The position numbers and the translations under genes were made by a program. Below the pieces are notes generated by a model. That model made no database searches. It had not been told where the DNA came from and was given only the letters and a program-made list of their open reading frames with translations. Shown piece by piece: positions 29,536-43,485 of a DNA stretch of 64,000 nucleotides. The first letter of the stretch is position 1. The number at the start of each line of letters is the position of its first letter. Where the stretch lies: the NCBI RefSeq assembly GCF_009914755.1, contig NC_060934.1, one strand, 5' to 3'. Source of the stretch: the human T2T-CHM13v2.0 reference genome, Homo sapiens.

Positions 29536-31457
29536 AGTGAGTTTAAAGTTCTGGCTAGCTCTAATGTCCTATAACCTGTCTCATTTGAACCCAAAATATT
29601 TATACCTTAGTACTTAATATACATTATCTTGTACAGCATTTTTATTTCCATAGATCTCTATTTCTACCATATTTTTCTAAAAATTATGTTTTTCTTAGGT
29701 AAAACCTCTAGATCCTCAATTAATGCTTAATGAGTTTTGAATGTTTATAGTCCTATTTTCTATAGATAATCTTGTGTTTGATATATTTCCCATGTGCCTA
29801 GAAGTCTACCATCATGGCATCTCATGGGTAGAACAAAAATTGTAGCATTCTGTGAAATATAGAAAGGAAGGAAGCCAACTGTGATTTTTAAAAACCTGCT
29901 TTGTATTGTGCCTACATATAAACAAAGAACTATCTACATAATAGCCTCCATACTAACGTACACTTTAACATCATAATCTATAGGAATGAATTGCACCAAT
30001 AAATCTAACAGGCTTGGGCCAAAAAGAAACATTGTTCCAGTTTTTTTGCAACTTATTATTGAGGCTGAATTAGAGCAAGCATGATGAATTGGATCACTTA
30101 ATGAGATTAAAGATAAAACATATACAGTTTTAAAACACCAACAGTTGGACTATTGACATGGCATGAGAGTAGCCAGTTAAGTTGGGAAAAGGTAGATACC
30201 ATCAACTAGAGAAGCCATTGTCTACAAAAAGCAATTGTCTTAACGAAAAAGCCGTGGAAAATAAATATATTCCAGTGGCTCCAAAGTTATTTTAAATTCC
30301 ATGTGTACAGTTCAGCGAAAAACAAGCCAGGCCCTAAAATAATTAAAGCCATCAATATGAACCACTTGAGTTTGAAAGGATCCAATATTTCTCACTCATA
30401 AAAAATGAAATAACGTGTGCAATTTGGTTCTTTGCCATCTGCTACTTGAATTGCAAGGTATTGTTAAAAAGTTAATTGAACACCCAAATATAATTATTAG
30501 GACTATAGAATGCCTAATCTTTGCCAAATCATTCAAGAATGGCTTCCTTTTTTACTGTAATTTTAAACTTCATAAACTAAAATAACGAAAGTAATTTTAT
30601 ACTTTGCAGGCTCTCCTTCTTAGAGCAAAAGAACATTAAGGAAGTGGGGGGAAAAGCAAATTTAATAAAATTGTGTGTAATGACACAATTCCCCACCGAA
30701 TACGGTGGCAAGGTGTTCAGCTGTTTCTCCCACTCATTCTGAAAGCTTTTCTTAGAGGTTCTATTTGAGGATCTTGGGGGAAGCCTAGAGAGAATAGTGC
30801 CGGCATATGAGCGAAGGTCTACATTAACTAATCAGTCAGTTAACTCACCAAGTTTAACCCAAGAACGAGGAAAGCCTACCGTGAAATTAACTATTTCACA
30901 CTTTTTAAGAACTTTGTCATGGGAGTCTCAGTTGCTACTGTCCTTACTTCGTAGCTGCCCCTGCATGTCGAAGGGGAAATAATCTTTACTCTCCTGCTCA
31001 GGTTCTTTGATTTTCTTCCTGGAAGGAATAAAAAAAAAACCACGTTGTTTTCCTCTTGAAAATCCTGTGAGCTGAGATTGCAATCTCCATGGGGGAAAGA
31101 AGTTCCACTACACGTTCTGTAGCGGCACCTAAGGCCATGTTGTGCTGCTTTTGGACGGGAACTCTATGTCTGGGTGTTTGAAACCCCACCAGCTTTGTAC
31201 AAACTGTGATTATTCCAAAATTCCGTCCCGGGGTCTGAGATTTAGTGAATAAATGTGACTCACCCCATCCTCACTATTCCTAATTAAACTGACTTCCAAC
31301 CTACTCAAACTCAGTTCCATTTTCTCTCCTCTGTTTCTAAGCACCCCGACATTTTAGGACTCCTTGGTTTCTTTGCATCTTCAAGGTAAATTAACAGGAA
31401 TCACGTTTGCACTTCCAATAGGTACAGGAACTGTATTTGCTCAAAAGTGGAAGAGAA

Positions 31458-31585
31458 GGCTGGGCGCAATGACTCATGCCTGTAATCTCAATTCTTTGGG
31501 AGTCTGAGGAGGGTGCATCACTTGAGCTCAGGAGTTCAAGACCAGCCTGACCAACATGGTGAAACCCCATCTCTAAAAATAAAGA
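31458..31585 (+). mobile_element. Alu left monomer
   Basis: GGCTGGGCGCAATGACTCATGCC...AAACCCCATCTCTAAAAAT, flanked by AAAAGT(G/A)GAAGAGA. Confidence 0.88.
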
Positions 31586-31888
31586 AAATTTTAAAAATGT
31601 TCTAAAAAGTAGAAGAGATTTGATTTTGTCTGATTTTGTCTGAAATATCCTTGGTCACTGGAAGAGGCTATGTTTTCAAAAGAGGATGCAAATTGCCAGT
31701 CTTGTCGCAGCCACCCGTTCGCCAGCAAGTCCTTCTCCTTGATTTTCAGATTCCCAAGACAGGAACCAAATCGTTAAACTCTTTGTCTCCAGAACCTCTC
31801 TTTGTTTTTCTCCTTTTCCCTGCTTCCCATGCTCCCTCTAGTTTTCTGATGTATATTTCATAAGTGTCTATCATATGCCTGAAACATG

Positions 31889-32053
31889 GCTGTGTAGGCA
31901 AGGAGGGTCTCCACCAGGATAATGATCCTTCATTTCTACTCTCTTCTTTTGCATTCTGTATCTAGACGCTTCCCAATTCCATAATAATTCAGTTTGTTTA
32001 ACTTAGTCCGAAATGCAGTTGAGGATTTTCCTAAATATTATACACACTGATCC
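31889..32053 (+). repeat. ~165-bp direct duplicate of 32841-33323 (second copy split by an Alu)
   Basis: About 84% identity by manual alignment once the Alu is removed. Confidence 0.88.
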
Positions 32054-32318
32054 CAAGGACAAGGGAACATGCTGGGAAGTCCTCCTGACAGCCGGTCACC
32101 GAACAGGGGGGCATGGCCTCCATGGGACTGACTCAAGATCACCTTCACTTCTCTGTCACTATACTTGATTCAGTTATCCTTTTAGTTTAAACATTTTACT
32201 ATACAGAATGTTTCCAAATAAATATGCACCTTGACCCAGAGAGAATTTTAAAAGGTGTCAAATAAAATTGTCCCAAACATCAATCCCTAGGGAGCCCATG
32301 ATTTCTACTTTGGACCAC

Positions 32319-32692
32319 TGAAATGGTTTGGCCATGTCCCCACCCAAATCTCATCTTGAATTGTAGCTCCCATAATTCCCACATGTTGTGGGAGGGACCC
32401 AGTGGGAGATCACTGAATCATGGGGGCGGTTTCCCCCATAATGTTTTCATGGTGGTGAATAAGTCACAGGAGATGTGATGGGAGATGTGATGGTTTGATA
32501 AGGGGAAACCCCTTTCGTCTGGGTTCCACTCTCTCTTGTCTGCTGCCATGAAAGATGTACCTTTCACCTTCTGCCATGATTGTCAGGCCTCCCCAGCGAT
32601 GTGGAACTGTGAGTCCACTAAACCTCTTTTTCTTTATAAATTGCCCAGTCCTGGTTATGTCTCTATCAGCAGCATGAAAACAGAAGAATTCA
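32319..32692 (+). mobile_element. THE1C-like solo LTR
   Basis: TGAAATGGTTTGGCCATGTCCCCACCC...GAATTCA with 5-bp TSD ACCAC. Confidence 0.92.
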
Positions 32693-32699
32693 ACCACCC

Positions 32700-33253
<554 letters not shown>

Positions 33254-33640
33254 TGATTCTGTTTGTTTAAATTGGTATGAAATGCAATTGAAGATTTTCC
33301 TGAAGATTATACACAATGATCCCCTTCTTACCCATATGCCCATTCACACCAGCAGAGAAGGTAACTGAGGAATTTGACTAACTTCTTCTTTCATCCAGTG
33401 GGCATAGTTGTTTAAATGTTCATTCTCTGCCACAGATTAGAACTCAAAACAGCTGAGGTATCATCCTTTGGATTAACCCACTAGCTTTCAGTCATAGTTA
33501 CATAAAAATCATCATAATCCCTTACATTTGTATAAGATTTTATGGTTTATGAAGTTCTTTGTATTTACAGTCTCATGTCATCTCATGTGATTCGCTTACA
33601 TTGCGGGAAGTCACAGGGCTGGATTAAGGTGTGTCTTAGT

Positions 33641-34056
<416 letters not shown>

Positions 34057-35842
34057 TGTGTTTTAGCTATACACTTGGTAATCATAGTAAGAAGGGGATA
34101 AGAGGAGGGGCTAGGAACATAGGAAGTAAGAGGAAGGCAAGGGAGAGGGATACCTGTGAGAAAGCCAGATACACAAGGCTCAATTAGTTTGACAAAGAGA
34201 GATGGAAACACAACAACAAAGACATCTCAAAAGCCAGTGTTTCCAGTTTGTTTTGCACTGTCCAAGCACTAGGGTAGGTTCCCTTTGTGACCACAGGCAT
34301 CTTGAGTCTCAGGATCCCTGTCTTAAGGGGCAACCATTCTTCTGTGTTGGAGGACACCCATTCTGTCCCCTCTGCCCGATGCTTTTAATAAGGACCTAGG
34401 TATCCTGGAACCTATGTCAGGACTGACAAGTGAAATTAGGTAATCCACAACCTCCCACAAATATTCTCTGAGCACCTACTTTGTGCCAGCGCATTCTGAT
34501 GCCATCAGAAATTTGCAAAGTAATATAACTCTTCCTATTCACAAATGAGGGACCCGTGCTTGGAGATGGTCAGGCAGCTCTCTGAGGTCATGGTACAAGG
34601 TGGAAGCTGACCTCAAATTCCATCATGTCTGATGCTGCAAACCTTTGCTTTTTCTACTGAGTCACAGTGCTCGGTGTGATCCTGACTGTTCCCAAGAACT
34701 GTTTTGTTTTTCAAGACATGAGAGTACACAGAGACAGCTAAGCCCCATGTAACACCTTCAGAGAAGGGACTGGGGAACTTCAGAAGTGCCCAGGGCAAGC
34801 TGGGAGGCTGCCTGTGTGCATCCTCAGTCCAGACTCATTTAGGGAACATAGTCTGCCGGCGGGGAGGAGAAATGATGTTTTTGGTCAAGACTTGAATTTT
34901 TTCAGATGTTTAATCACAAGCGATGCTAGTCCTGCCTGAAACCCTGAACTACTTGCTATTGAGAGTGATGAAAGTACATTTCCCCCTAATTCAAGATAAG
35001 AGAGAAGGGTGGAGATTTCTAGAATGTATGTTTCCCTATCTATTGCGAATGGTGTCTAGAGCCTATCTGTGAAGTGACGAAGCAGTTTTCATGCCAGGGT
35101 GTCTACTGTCCATGACGACCATGTGGTCCTGACAATCCCGGGTCTGGGTTGTCCTCTGCTGTCATCCCACAACTTACGTTCTAGTGATTAGCATCCATTT
35201 GCCCTTGCCCTTCTAAATGACGAAACTGTTCAGCACTGATGAACTGCAACATATCATCGTACTCAAAGGGGCTCCCACACACCAAGTCAGTGGTCAGTGT
35301 GAGTCACCTCCACCAAGTCAAGCCTCAAAGTGCCTTGTTTATATGGCCCCACTTCGGGAAACAGCTCTGGCTTTATTTGGTGGCAATATGACTAATTTGT
35401 CATGCTCATTCAAAGATAAAATTGGCCGTCAACATAAACTCCTTTAAGCACTTTGTGGTAAAAGCAGGTGAGTTTGACTTTTAGGGAGGTGATGTTCCCC
35501 ATTAGTCAATCCCCTCCATGCCCCAAAGGGGGTGCCAGGATGACCCCATCTCTATCCCCCGCCTTGAGGCCAATAATTGAATTTTTTGTATGTGGGTTCT
35601 CCTACATGAAATTCTTCACATTGCCATACTGTCTGAAATCCCACCGATTAGAGGAAATTCACTTATCTTGAAAGCTTTCTGATTCTGCAGTAAATGACTC
35701 TTAAATTCGCTGACCTCAGTGCAGCAGTGGGAGTGTCAGAGACCAGAGTCATTCAATAGAGGACCAGCAGAGGAGGGGTGCCTCCATGGAGGCTTGGCAG
35801 CCCTGGCATACAAGAGGCAACCAGAGGAGTTGGCTGAGTTGC

Positions 35843-35853
35843 GTGTGTGTGTG

Positions 35854-35893
<40 letters not shown>
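35843..35893. repeat. (TG)n microsatellite
   Basis: Direct reading. Confidence 0.95.
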
Positions 35894-35894
<1 letters not shown>

Positions 35895-35938
35895 TTACTG
35901 GGGGCTCCCAGAGCTCAGAGGCAGGTGGTATCAGGGAC

Positions 35939-36105
35939 CAGGAACTCTACTGTATTGATTGGACTGAAGAGCAGAACCCTACCATATTGGCTGGATTGAG
36001 GAGCAGGAACCTGACTATTTAGGCTGGACTGAGGGGCAGGAACCCTACCATAATAGTCTGGATTGAGGAGCAGGAACCCTGCTGTATTGGCTGGATTGAG
36101 GAGCA
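35939..36105. repeat. Minisatellite, five units of ~33 bp
   Basis: Consensus CAGGAACCCTACCATATTGGCTGGATTGAGGAG, degenerate head-to-tail copies. Confidence 0.9.
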
Positions 36106-36639
36106 GAGAGACTGAGGAAAGACTTCCTGAATAAACATGGAGAACATGCAGCGAATGGTGGCAAGACTTGGGAAGAGGAGAATCAAGGTGCAAACTCAGG
36201 TTCCTCCTTGATGGGGCAAAGCAGAAGCAAGATGATCTGATGCTGCAGGGGGCTGCCCTACTGCCCTGAGGCCCCTTAACTTTTCTTACCTGGATCAGCA
36301 CAGTTGTGAGAGCTTAGCTGGAGGCTGGCTGTCCATAGGTCAGGGATAACTGCTCCATCTGTGGAGGGTAGAGAGGCTTTGGGGAAGGGAGCCAAGGGGA
36401 GAGCATTGGTGGAGATGTGGCCTAATTTCATAGCCTGGAGAATCAAGAAAATTCAGCTCAGGAGTTATACCAAATACAGGCTCTTTTATCCTAGTGTGTT
36501 AGGGCCAACCCTGAATGGCGTGATCTGGAGAGGGGAATTGCAACATTTTGTCTTTTTCAAAACCAAATTGGTTTGCTTTAGCCCTAACATCATTACTTTT
36601 AACCTTAGGGAGAAGTCTGACTATATCTGTACTTCTTAA

Positions 36640-36909
36640 TCTCTTGCTCTGTTGCCCAGGCTGGAGTACAGTGGTGTGATCATGGCTAACTCCAGCCTCC
36701 AACTCCTGGGCTCAAGTGATCCTCCCGCCTCTGCCTCCCAAGTAGCTGGAACTACAGGTACACAGTACCACGCCGGGTAATTTTTTTTTTTAGAGATGGG
36801 GTCTCACTATGTTGCCCAGGCTGATCTCAAGCTCCTGGACTTAAGCAGTCCTCCTGCCTCACCCTCCCAAAGTGCTGGGGTTACAGATGTGAGTCACAAT
36901 GCGCCGCCA
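36640..36909 (-). mobile_element. AluJ lacking a tail
   Basis: Antisense dimer. Confidence 0.9.
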
Positions 36910-37309
36910 GTGATTTTGTTTCTGAACCTGTCTGTGTTATTGGAGGGTCTGCAGTTGAAGATTGGGTAGTGAGGCCCCAGTTTGTTTTTCTAGATAACAG
37001 GCTTAAAAATGATTGCTGCTTCTCAGGAAGGTAGGTAATTACTTCTTGTAGGTTTTGCGGTCTCTGTCTTTTTAAAGGGAGAAAATGATTGTTCATTTGC
37101 CCACTACCACGTACATGCCATATGTGTCCAATGTCTCAATTTTAGTTCATCAGCGAAGTATGAAATTATTTTAAAATGGCATATCTTTCGATATTCAAAT
37201 GAGACTCAATCTGGCATGGAAAATTACAGGATGTTAATTATTCTTTGTGCATATAAATCAGCTGTGAAATCACTTGAAACTCCTGTATGTTTGGGTTCTT
37301 TGTCGACAG

Positions 37310-37463
37310 GGCCGAATAATTATCAACAAACCTCAGTGAGCCTTGCTTAGCAAAAGGTCTCATTATTCAACGTGAGTGTAGCTTTGAACGTGGAAGTAGA
37401 GGTGCTCTCTAGCGTGCGAAATGCGTAGCCAAGCTTGGCCCCTGCTGAGCGTACCTGGAGAAG
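37310..37463 (+). ncRNA. Candidate non-coding internal exon (154 nt)
   Basis: Acceptor TTCTTTGTCGACAG|G and consensus donor AAG|GTAAGT. Stops in all three frames, CpG-retaining. Confidence 0.3.
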
Positions 37464-37853
37464 GTAAGTGATGTCTATCCAGTTGCCCAATCATCAGAAT
37501 CATCTTTGGAGAGCAGAAGATGTGAGAAACTTGACTTGATTAGAGTGAGAGAGAGAGAGAAATAGAGAAACCAGGCCATCTGTAACAGCAGATATTCTAA
37601 ATCAAGAGTAGGAACAGATACTTAGAAATTAGAAGCTACTTCTTACAAATGATATTCAAATGTGATTCCCATCATATATGACCCCGTCCCACTCAAATTG
37701 TGTTTCTCTCCATCCCTCTCCCTCCCCACTGCAGAATCAGGCCATGGTATTGAGTAGAAGAGGACTGGAGTGAAATCTCCTTGGAAAAAAAAACATTGTT
37801 TATTGTTGATTTCAAGTGGCACTGTAGCTTTGGTGATTGCAACAGGCTCTGTA

Positions 37854-38179
37854 GGCCAGTTGCGGTGCCTCATGCCTGTAATCCCAGCACTTTAGGAGGT
37901 TCACCTGAAGGCAGGCAGATCACCTGAGCTCAGGAGTTCCAGACCAGCCTAGCCAACATGGTGAAACCCTATCTTTACTAAAAATACAAAAATTAGCCTG
38001 GCATAGTGGCTCATGCCTATAATCCCAGCTACTCTGGAGACTGAGGCATGAAAATTGCTTGAACCTGGGAGTCAGAGTTGCAGTGCGCTGAGATTGCACC
38101 ACTGCACTCCAGCCTGGGCAACAGAGTGAGTTGAGATTCTGTCTCAAAAACAACAACAACAATAACAACAACAACAAAA
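37854..38179 (+). mobile_element. AluS with (AAC)n tail
   Basis: Dimer. Confidence 0.92.
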
Positions 38180-38513
38180 CACCAGTGACAGCCACTGGCC
38201 TAGTGATTCTCACCTCCCCTGAGATGCAGACTTCTAGGGTCCACATCTCCGGATGGAGCAGGCACAACTGCTAGGCAAAGTCATCATGGTGCCTCTCCCC
38301 AGAACCACCTTTTCTCCATTGGGACCAGGAATGCCTGTTCCCTCACTGTGTGAGCAAGGAGAAAATTCTTCCTTTCTTCCCCCATATCTGGAGTGGAGGT
38401 CAAATCCAGGCTTATCTCTTGGAAGAGCTGCTCTCTAGAAGGCAACAGACTACACTGCCGTTGGCTCCCCTGCATTTTCTTTGGAGTTCTTGGCTCAAAA
38501 AGAGCCAAATAGG

Positions 38514-38840
38514 GGCTGGGTATGGTGACTCATACCTGTAATCCCAGCACTTTTGGAGGTCAAGGCAGGAGGATCACTTGAGCCAAGAGTTTGAGACCAG
38601 CCTGGACAACATAGGGAAACCCTGTCTCTACAAAATATCAAAAAATTAGCCAGGCATGGCGGCACACAACTGCAGTCCCAGCTGCTCGGGAGGCTGAGGT
38701 GAGAGGATCACTTCTGGCTGGGAGGTTGAGGCTGCAGTGAGCTATGATTGCACTACTGCAATCCAGCCTGGGTGACAGAGCAAGACCATGTCTCAAAATG
38801 AAAAAAAAAAAAAAAAAAGAGAGAGAGAGAGAGAGAAAGA
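38514..38840 (+). mobile_element. AluJ with A/(GA)n tail
   Basis: Dimer with approximate TSD AAAG(A)GCCAAAT. Confidence 0.92.
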
Positions 38841-41169
38841 GAGAATAAAGCCAAATGCAACATATGGCTAAAAGAAGATATTCTAGCAACCCCACATCTC
38901 CCTGTCGTTGGACTCCCCTCTGCAACCCATGGGCACCTGTGGGATAGATACTCCATTTCTCTACCCTCATTAACTCTTTCCTGCTAAGCAACAAACTGAA
39001 AAGATTTTCGGGGACCCTTCTCTAATATGGATCATCTGCATCGGGAGTTTGCCCTGCATTCCCTCAAATCACTTCCTTTGAAAAGGGACATACATTGTCC
39101 ATTGCTCTGCTCAGGCGAGGAGTCCTGTGGCTCTCACGAGCAGGACGGGGCTGCTTTGCCCCATCTGATGGAAAGAACTAGCTCCTCTTTCAAATCCGTG
39201 CCTCTTCTCTGCCAAAAGAAAAAAAAAGTGTGCAGAAAGCCAGCTCCATAAAAATAGCCCGGTTTCTGAGGAATGTCTCAAAGAATCAAGGTCCTCATTT
39301 CTAAAAGTGTTGCAGACACCTGCAGCTCTGCCTCTGTGCTCCAAGATGTCTCTGCTTTCTCTGCCATCCTTGTTCTTCTGCAGCACTTTGTAGCTTTCCT
39401 AGAACACTTGCCACAGTGACCTGCATATGTGTCCACCTCCCCATCAAAGGAGGGCCCTGTGAGAGCATAGCTGTGGTTTAGTTGACTTTGTCTTTCTTCC
39501 CTCATTTCCACTCCTACTCATACTGGGCAGAAAGACTTTGGTCCCAGCCAATTAAAAGGCCAGTTAATCTATTTACCAGGGAAGCATTTTGGACAGTCAA
39601 AATTGTTTGCACTTTGATTAAATTTTGAATTTTTTTTTCTGTGAAGAGTTTCAAAGTATTAGCATCTGGCAAGTCAGCCTACGTGGATAAAATTTCAACT
39701 GTTCAGGGCCCCACCTAGATTCCAGTCCCAAAGCAGCAAAAGATAAGAGAAGGAAGCTTAAAAGAGTCTCTCATTTATCTCCTTGGAGCGTATGAATTTT
39801 GATGACAGACTATGTTAAGAGGAGAGAATTGACTAATTTCATTTCACTGGCCTGAAGCTATGGGGAGACAGGCCTCAAGTTTTGTCAACTTTTTTTGTAA
39901 GTCTAACTTGCAACTGATGTAGAGCAGGTCCAGAGGAAGCCGTTATTGACCTACTTAATAAGGTAGAAAGAAAATATCCAAGAGGGCTCAAAGAAATACA
40001 ATGGCAAATCTTCAATAAATGTGCTCTGCCCCCTCTCATCATGATGTACAACATCTGAACTCTAAAAATCCCTAAAAATGCAAGTGTCCCCCATAGTAAC
40101 AGAGTCACCTGACTGCAAATAAGCTTGACATTCTTATTAGAATTAGCAGGAACAGTGAAAGAATAAATATACACCAGGTGGCGGTAAGTTAATAATATTT
40201 TACAAATTAACATAAAACATTGCTGAAAAACATTTAGCCTAAAATCGTCACTACTAAAATCATCATTTTGAACATATTAAATTTATAAAATGTAAATGAG
40301 AAGTATGGTGAAACCTCATCCCCAACCCTCAATCCCAACCCCGTAGCCAAGAATGTGGAAATGAAGGAAGAAAAGCTTTCAAATCAACACCTAATGGATT
40401 AAAGCAGAGAGACACCAAACTGCTTCAAAGAAGGCAAGAGGTCCTAGGGTAGCAAGAAAAGTCTTCAATCTGATCGAAGAGATTAATATTCCCAAGGGAA
40501 ACCGTGCCTTCATTTGCATGAAGTGGGTCATCTATGGAAACACAGTGAAAATAACAAAAGGAAATTCTTTTAGATGAGATTTGGCCCGGCTTCCATGCAC
40601 TGTCCAGGGCAGAGGGCAGCCAGCTGACAGCTGATGGGACAGAGGGATGTACAGTCTGCTTGGCAATCCCCTCCCGATTGTGAGGAACACATCAGGCTAT
40701 TGCAGCCTGATCTCATTACAAATTCACACCATTAACTCCCTTGTTCTGATTGCATGTGCACCAAACAACCTTCTGATGATTTGCTTCCCTCTGTAGCTCT
40801 TCTGTAAGTGATAGAAGAAGCTGGTTAGACAGACATGTGTATCTGTTCTACCTGCCAGTTCGATTTCTCCTGATACATGAATAAACTGGCGTTTGGGTTC
40901 TAGATATTGTTGCTCAGAAGTTTTGTATGAGTCAGAATCTCCCAGTGTGTTCTAGGGCCATCTCAAAGGGGTCATTTCTTGGCCAAAGCTGACCTCTGGG
41001 TGGCCAGATATTCTACTGATAAGGAGCTGGTCTTGCTAGTTCCTACAAGTAAATATTCTAAAGCAATGTGTAACAGAGCCTTTTTCATCTATTTGAGATT
41101 TGAAGTAAGTGTCCAACATCAAAGTTACAGTAACGTTCTCTCTCAGGTCACCTCCCTGCATGTTTTTTT

Positions 41170-41291
41170 TAAATTTTAAAAAATTTTACTTTAAGTTCTT
41201 GATACATATGCAGGTTTATTTTGTAGGTGCACATGTGCCATGGTGGTTTGCTGCACCTGTCAACTCATCATCTAGGTTTTAAGCCCCGCAT
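41170..41291 (-). mobile_element. L1PA 3'-end fragment
   Basis: TTTTACTTTAAGTTCT..GTGCCATGGTGGTTTGCTGCACC..TCTAGGTTTTAAGCCCCGCATG. Confidence 0.85.
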
Positions 41292-41457
41292 GTTTTCCCT
41301 GGGTGTGAGTTATGTGCAGAGGACTCCTCAGTAACTCCATGCCCAGCTCTGTCTCCCAAGCCTGGACCATTCAACAGCTCACTGTACCTCTCTCCTTGGA
41401 GATCACGCAGACACCCAAAGTTGACATGTTAAAAATTGTGTTATCATCGTATACATC

Positions 41458-41770
41458 AGTGTGTTTCAGCTATTTTGTGCCTGTTCCAGAGACCAGGTTG
41501 CTTAAACTATAGAAATGTACAGTCTCACAGTTCTGGAAGCAAGAAATGCAAAAGCAAGGTTTTGGTAGGGTTGGTTCCTTCCGGGCGCCATACTGGAAGG
41601 ATCCCTTATAGGCCTCTCTTCTGGGCTGGTAGATGGCCATCTTCTCCCTGTGTCTTTACATCTTCCCATGGTCCATGACTGTGTCCAAACTTCCCCGTGT
41701 TCTAAGGGCATGGCGGGTTAGGACTCCAACATATAAATGTGAGGAGAACACAGTTCAACCCAAAGCACCA
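41458..41770 (-). mobile_element. MLT1-type LTR (deleted) within L2
   Basis: TTGCTTAAACTATAGAAATG..TCTCACAGTTCTGGAAGC..GGTTAGGACTCCAACATATAAAT..CACAGTTCAACCC. Confidence 0.75.
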
Positions 41771-41779
41771 TCCTTCATT

Positions 41780-42870
41780 CGTCACCTCATCAAATCCATG
41801 GAACTGCCTGCAAGGCTCCACCTCACGAGGGTCTCTCGGTCACTATCACTGCCCTCTGTTGGCGTTCATCATTCCTTCTTGCCTGTCTCCTGGTCCGCTT
41901 TACTGCCCTCCTGCTCCCCGCTGCCTTCCAAGACCCCAATCGACTCTTCACACCTAGACTGGGAGGTCTTTCTTTAAAACACCTGACATTGCCCTTAAAG
42001 TACTTCAACGGAGCCCAATGACCCTCCTATAAAGTCAAAATTCCTTGTCACAGTTCCTCAGGCCTGCCACGATCTAGTGCCCACACACCCAGCCTCATGG
42101 CTGACCACTCCCCACGAGGGCTGCACATGCCCGCAAGATGGATCTACTTCCAATTCCCTGAAGGTGCCAAGCTTTCCTCTTGCACCCAGGCACTTGGGCA
42201 TGCTCTTCCCTCAGCCTGGAGCACTCTGGTTCAGGTTCATCTCTTTAGTCGTCTTCTTTCTTCTTTCCCCTTCCTCCTCCTCCTTCTCTTCTTCTTCTTT
42301 TTTTTTTTTTTTTTTTTTAGGCAGAGTCTCACTCTGTCACCCAGGCTGGAGTGCAGTGGCACAATCTCGGCTCACTGCAATCCCCACCTCCTGGGTTCAA
42401 GCGATTCTCCTGCCTCAGCATCCTGAGTAGCTGAGATTACAGACATGTACCACTAACCCCGGCTAATTTTTGTATTTTTAGTAGAGATGAGGTTTCGCCA
42501 TGTTGGCTGGGCTGGTCTTGAACCCCTGACCTCAAGTGATCCACCCACCTCGGCCTCCCAAAGTGCTGGGATTACAGATGTGAGCCAGGGTGCCCAGCCC
42601 TCTCTTTAGTGTTCTAGCCTCCCCATTCCTATGCTCTCAGCTTGAGCGTCACTTACACCAAGCCTGCATGAGGTGTCCTCTTTTTGTTTTCTCATAATCT
42701 CCTTTCTTTTACTCATAAAATACTGAAATACCCAATTTCTGCATCCACATTCTTCACTAGACTGGAAGCTCTAGGATGCATGAGATGCTATTGGTCACAC
42801 AGTCACATCTCTAGACCCCAGAACAGGTTCCTGGCTCATAGTAGGTGTTGACCAGCATTGCTAAGAATTT
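41780..42870 (+). mobile_element. L2 3' region interrupted by an Alu
   Basis: Pyrimidine-rich L2 3' sequence: CATGCTCTTCCCTCAGCCTGGA, CACTAGACTGGAAGCTC, CCTGGCTCATAGTAGGTG. Confidence 0.65.
42286..42600 (-). mobile_element. AluS
   Basis: Antisense dimer with TSD TCTCTTTAGT. Confidence 0.93.
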
Positions 42871-42892
42871 GTTGAAAATGATAACTTTGTGA

Positions 42893-43218
<326 letters not shown>

Positions 43219-43369
43219 ATAGAAGTTTTAATCAAATCATTTTAGATTCAAATGTTGATAGTTGGAAGACTTCTGTCATTATTCTTGTTGCAAAACTCAC
43301 ACCCAGGAATTCAAATCCAATTTATATCCTCACAGAGCATATACAATGACGATATATTCACAAAAATAC

Positions 43370-43485
43370 AGTGACCATATGTCCCCACTTGATTGGGACC
43401 ATCCAGCTTAAGTTTATTGTTTGAGCTTAATTATTAATAATGTTCCCATTGACTCTCCTAAGGGCTCTGGCTTGGGTGATTAATT
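43370..43485. mobile_element. MER94-like hAT fragment
   Basis: GTGACCATATGTCCC..TTGGGACCATCC..TAATTATTAATAATGTTCCC. Confidence 0.5.

Noticed and set aside
28786-32692. Two same-strand THE1 LTRs as one full-length THE1 element
   Set aside because: Each has its own 5-bp TSD (GGTGG, ACCAC), and the sequence between them is not THE1-int.
35939-36105. CRISPR-like array
   Set aside because: Head-to-tail degenerate units with no unique spacers, no cas genes, and a primate context.
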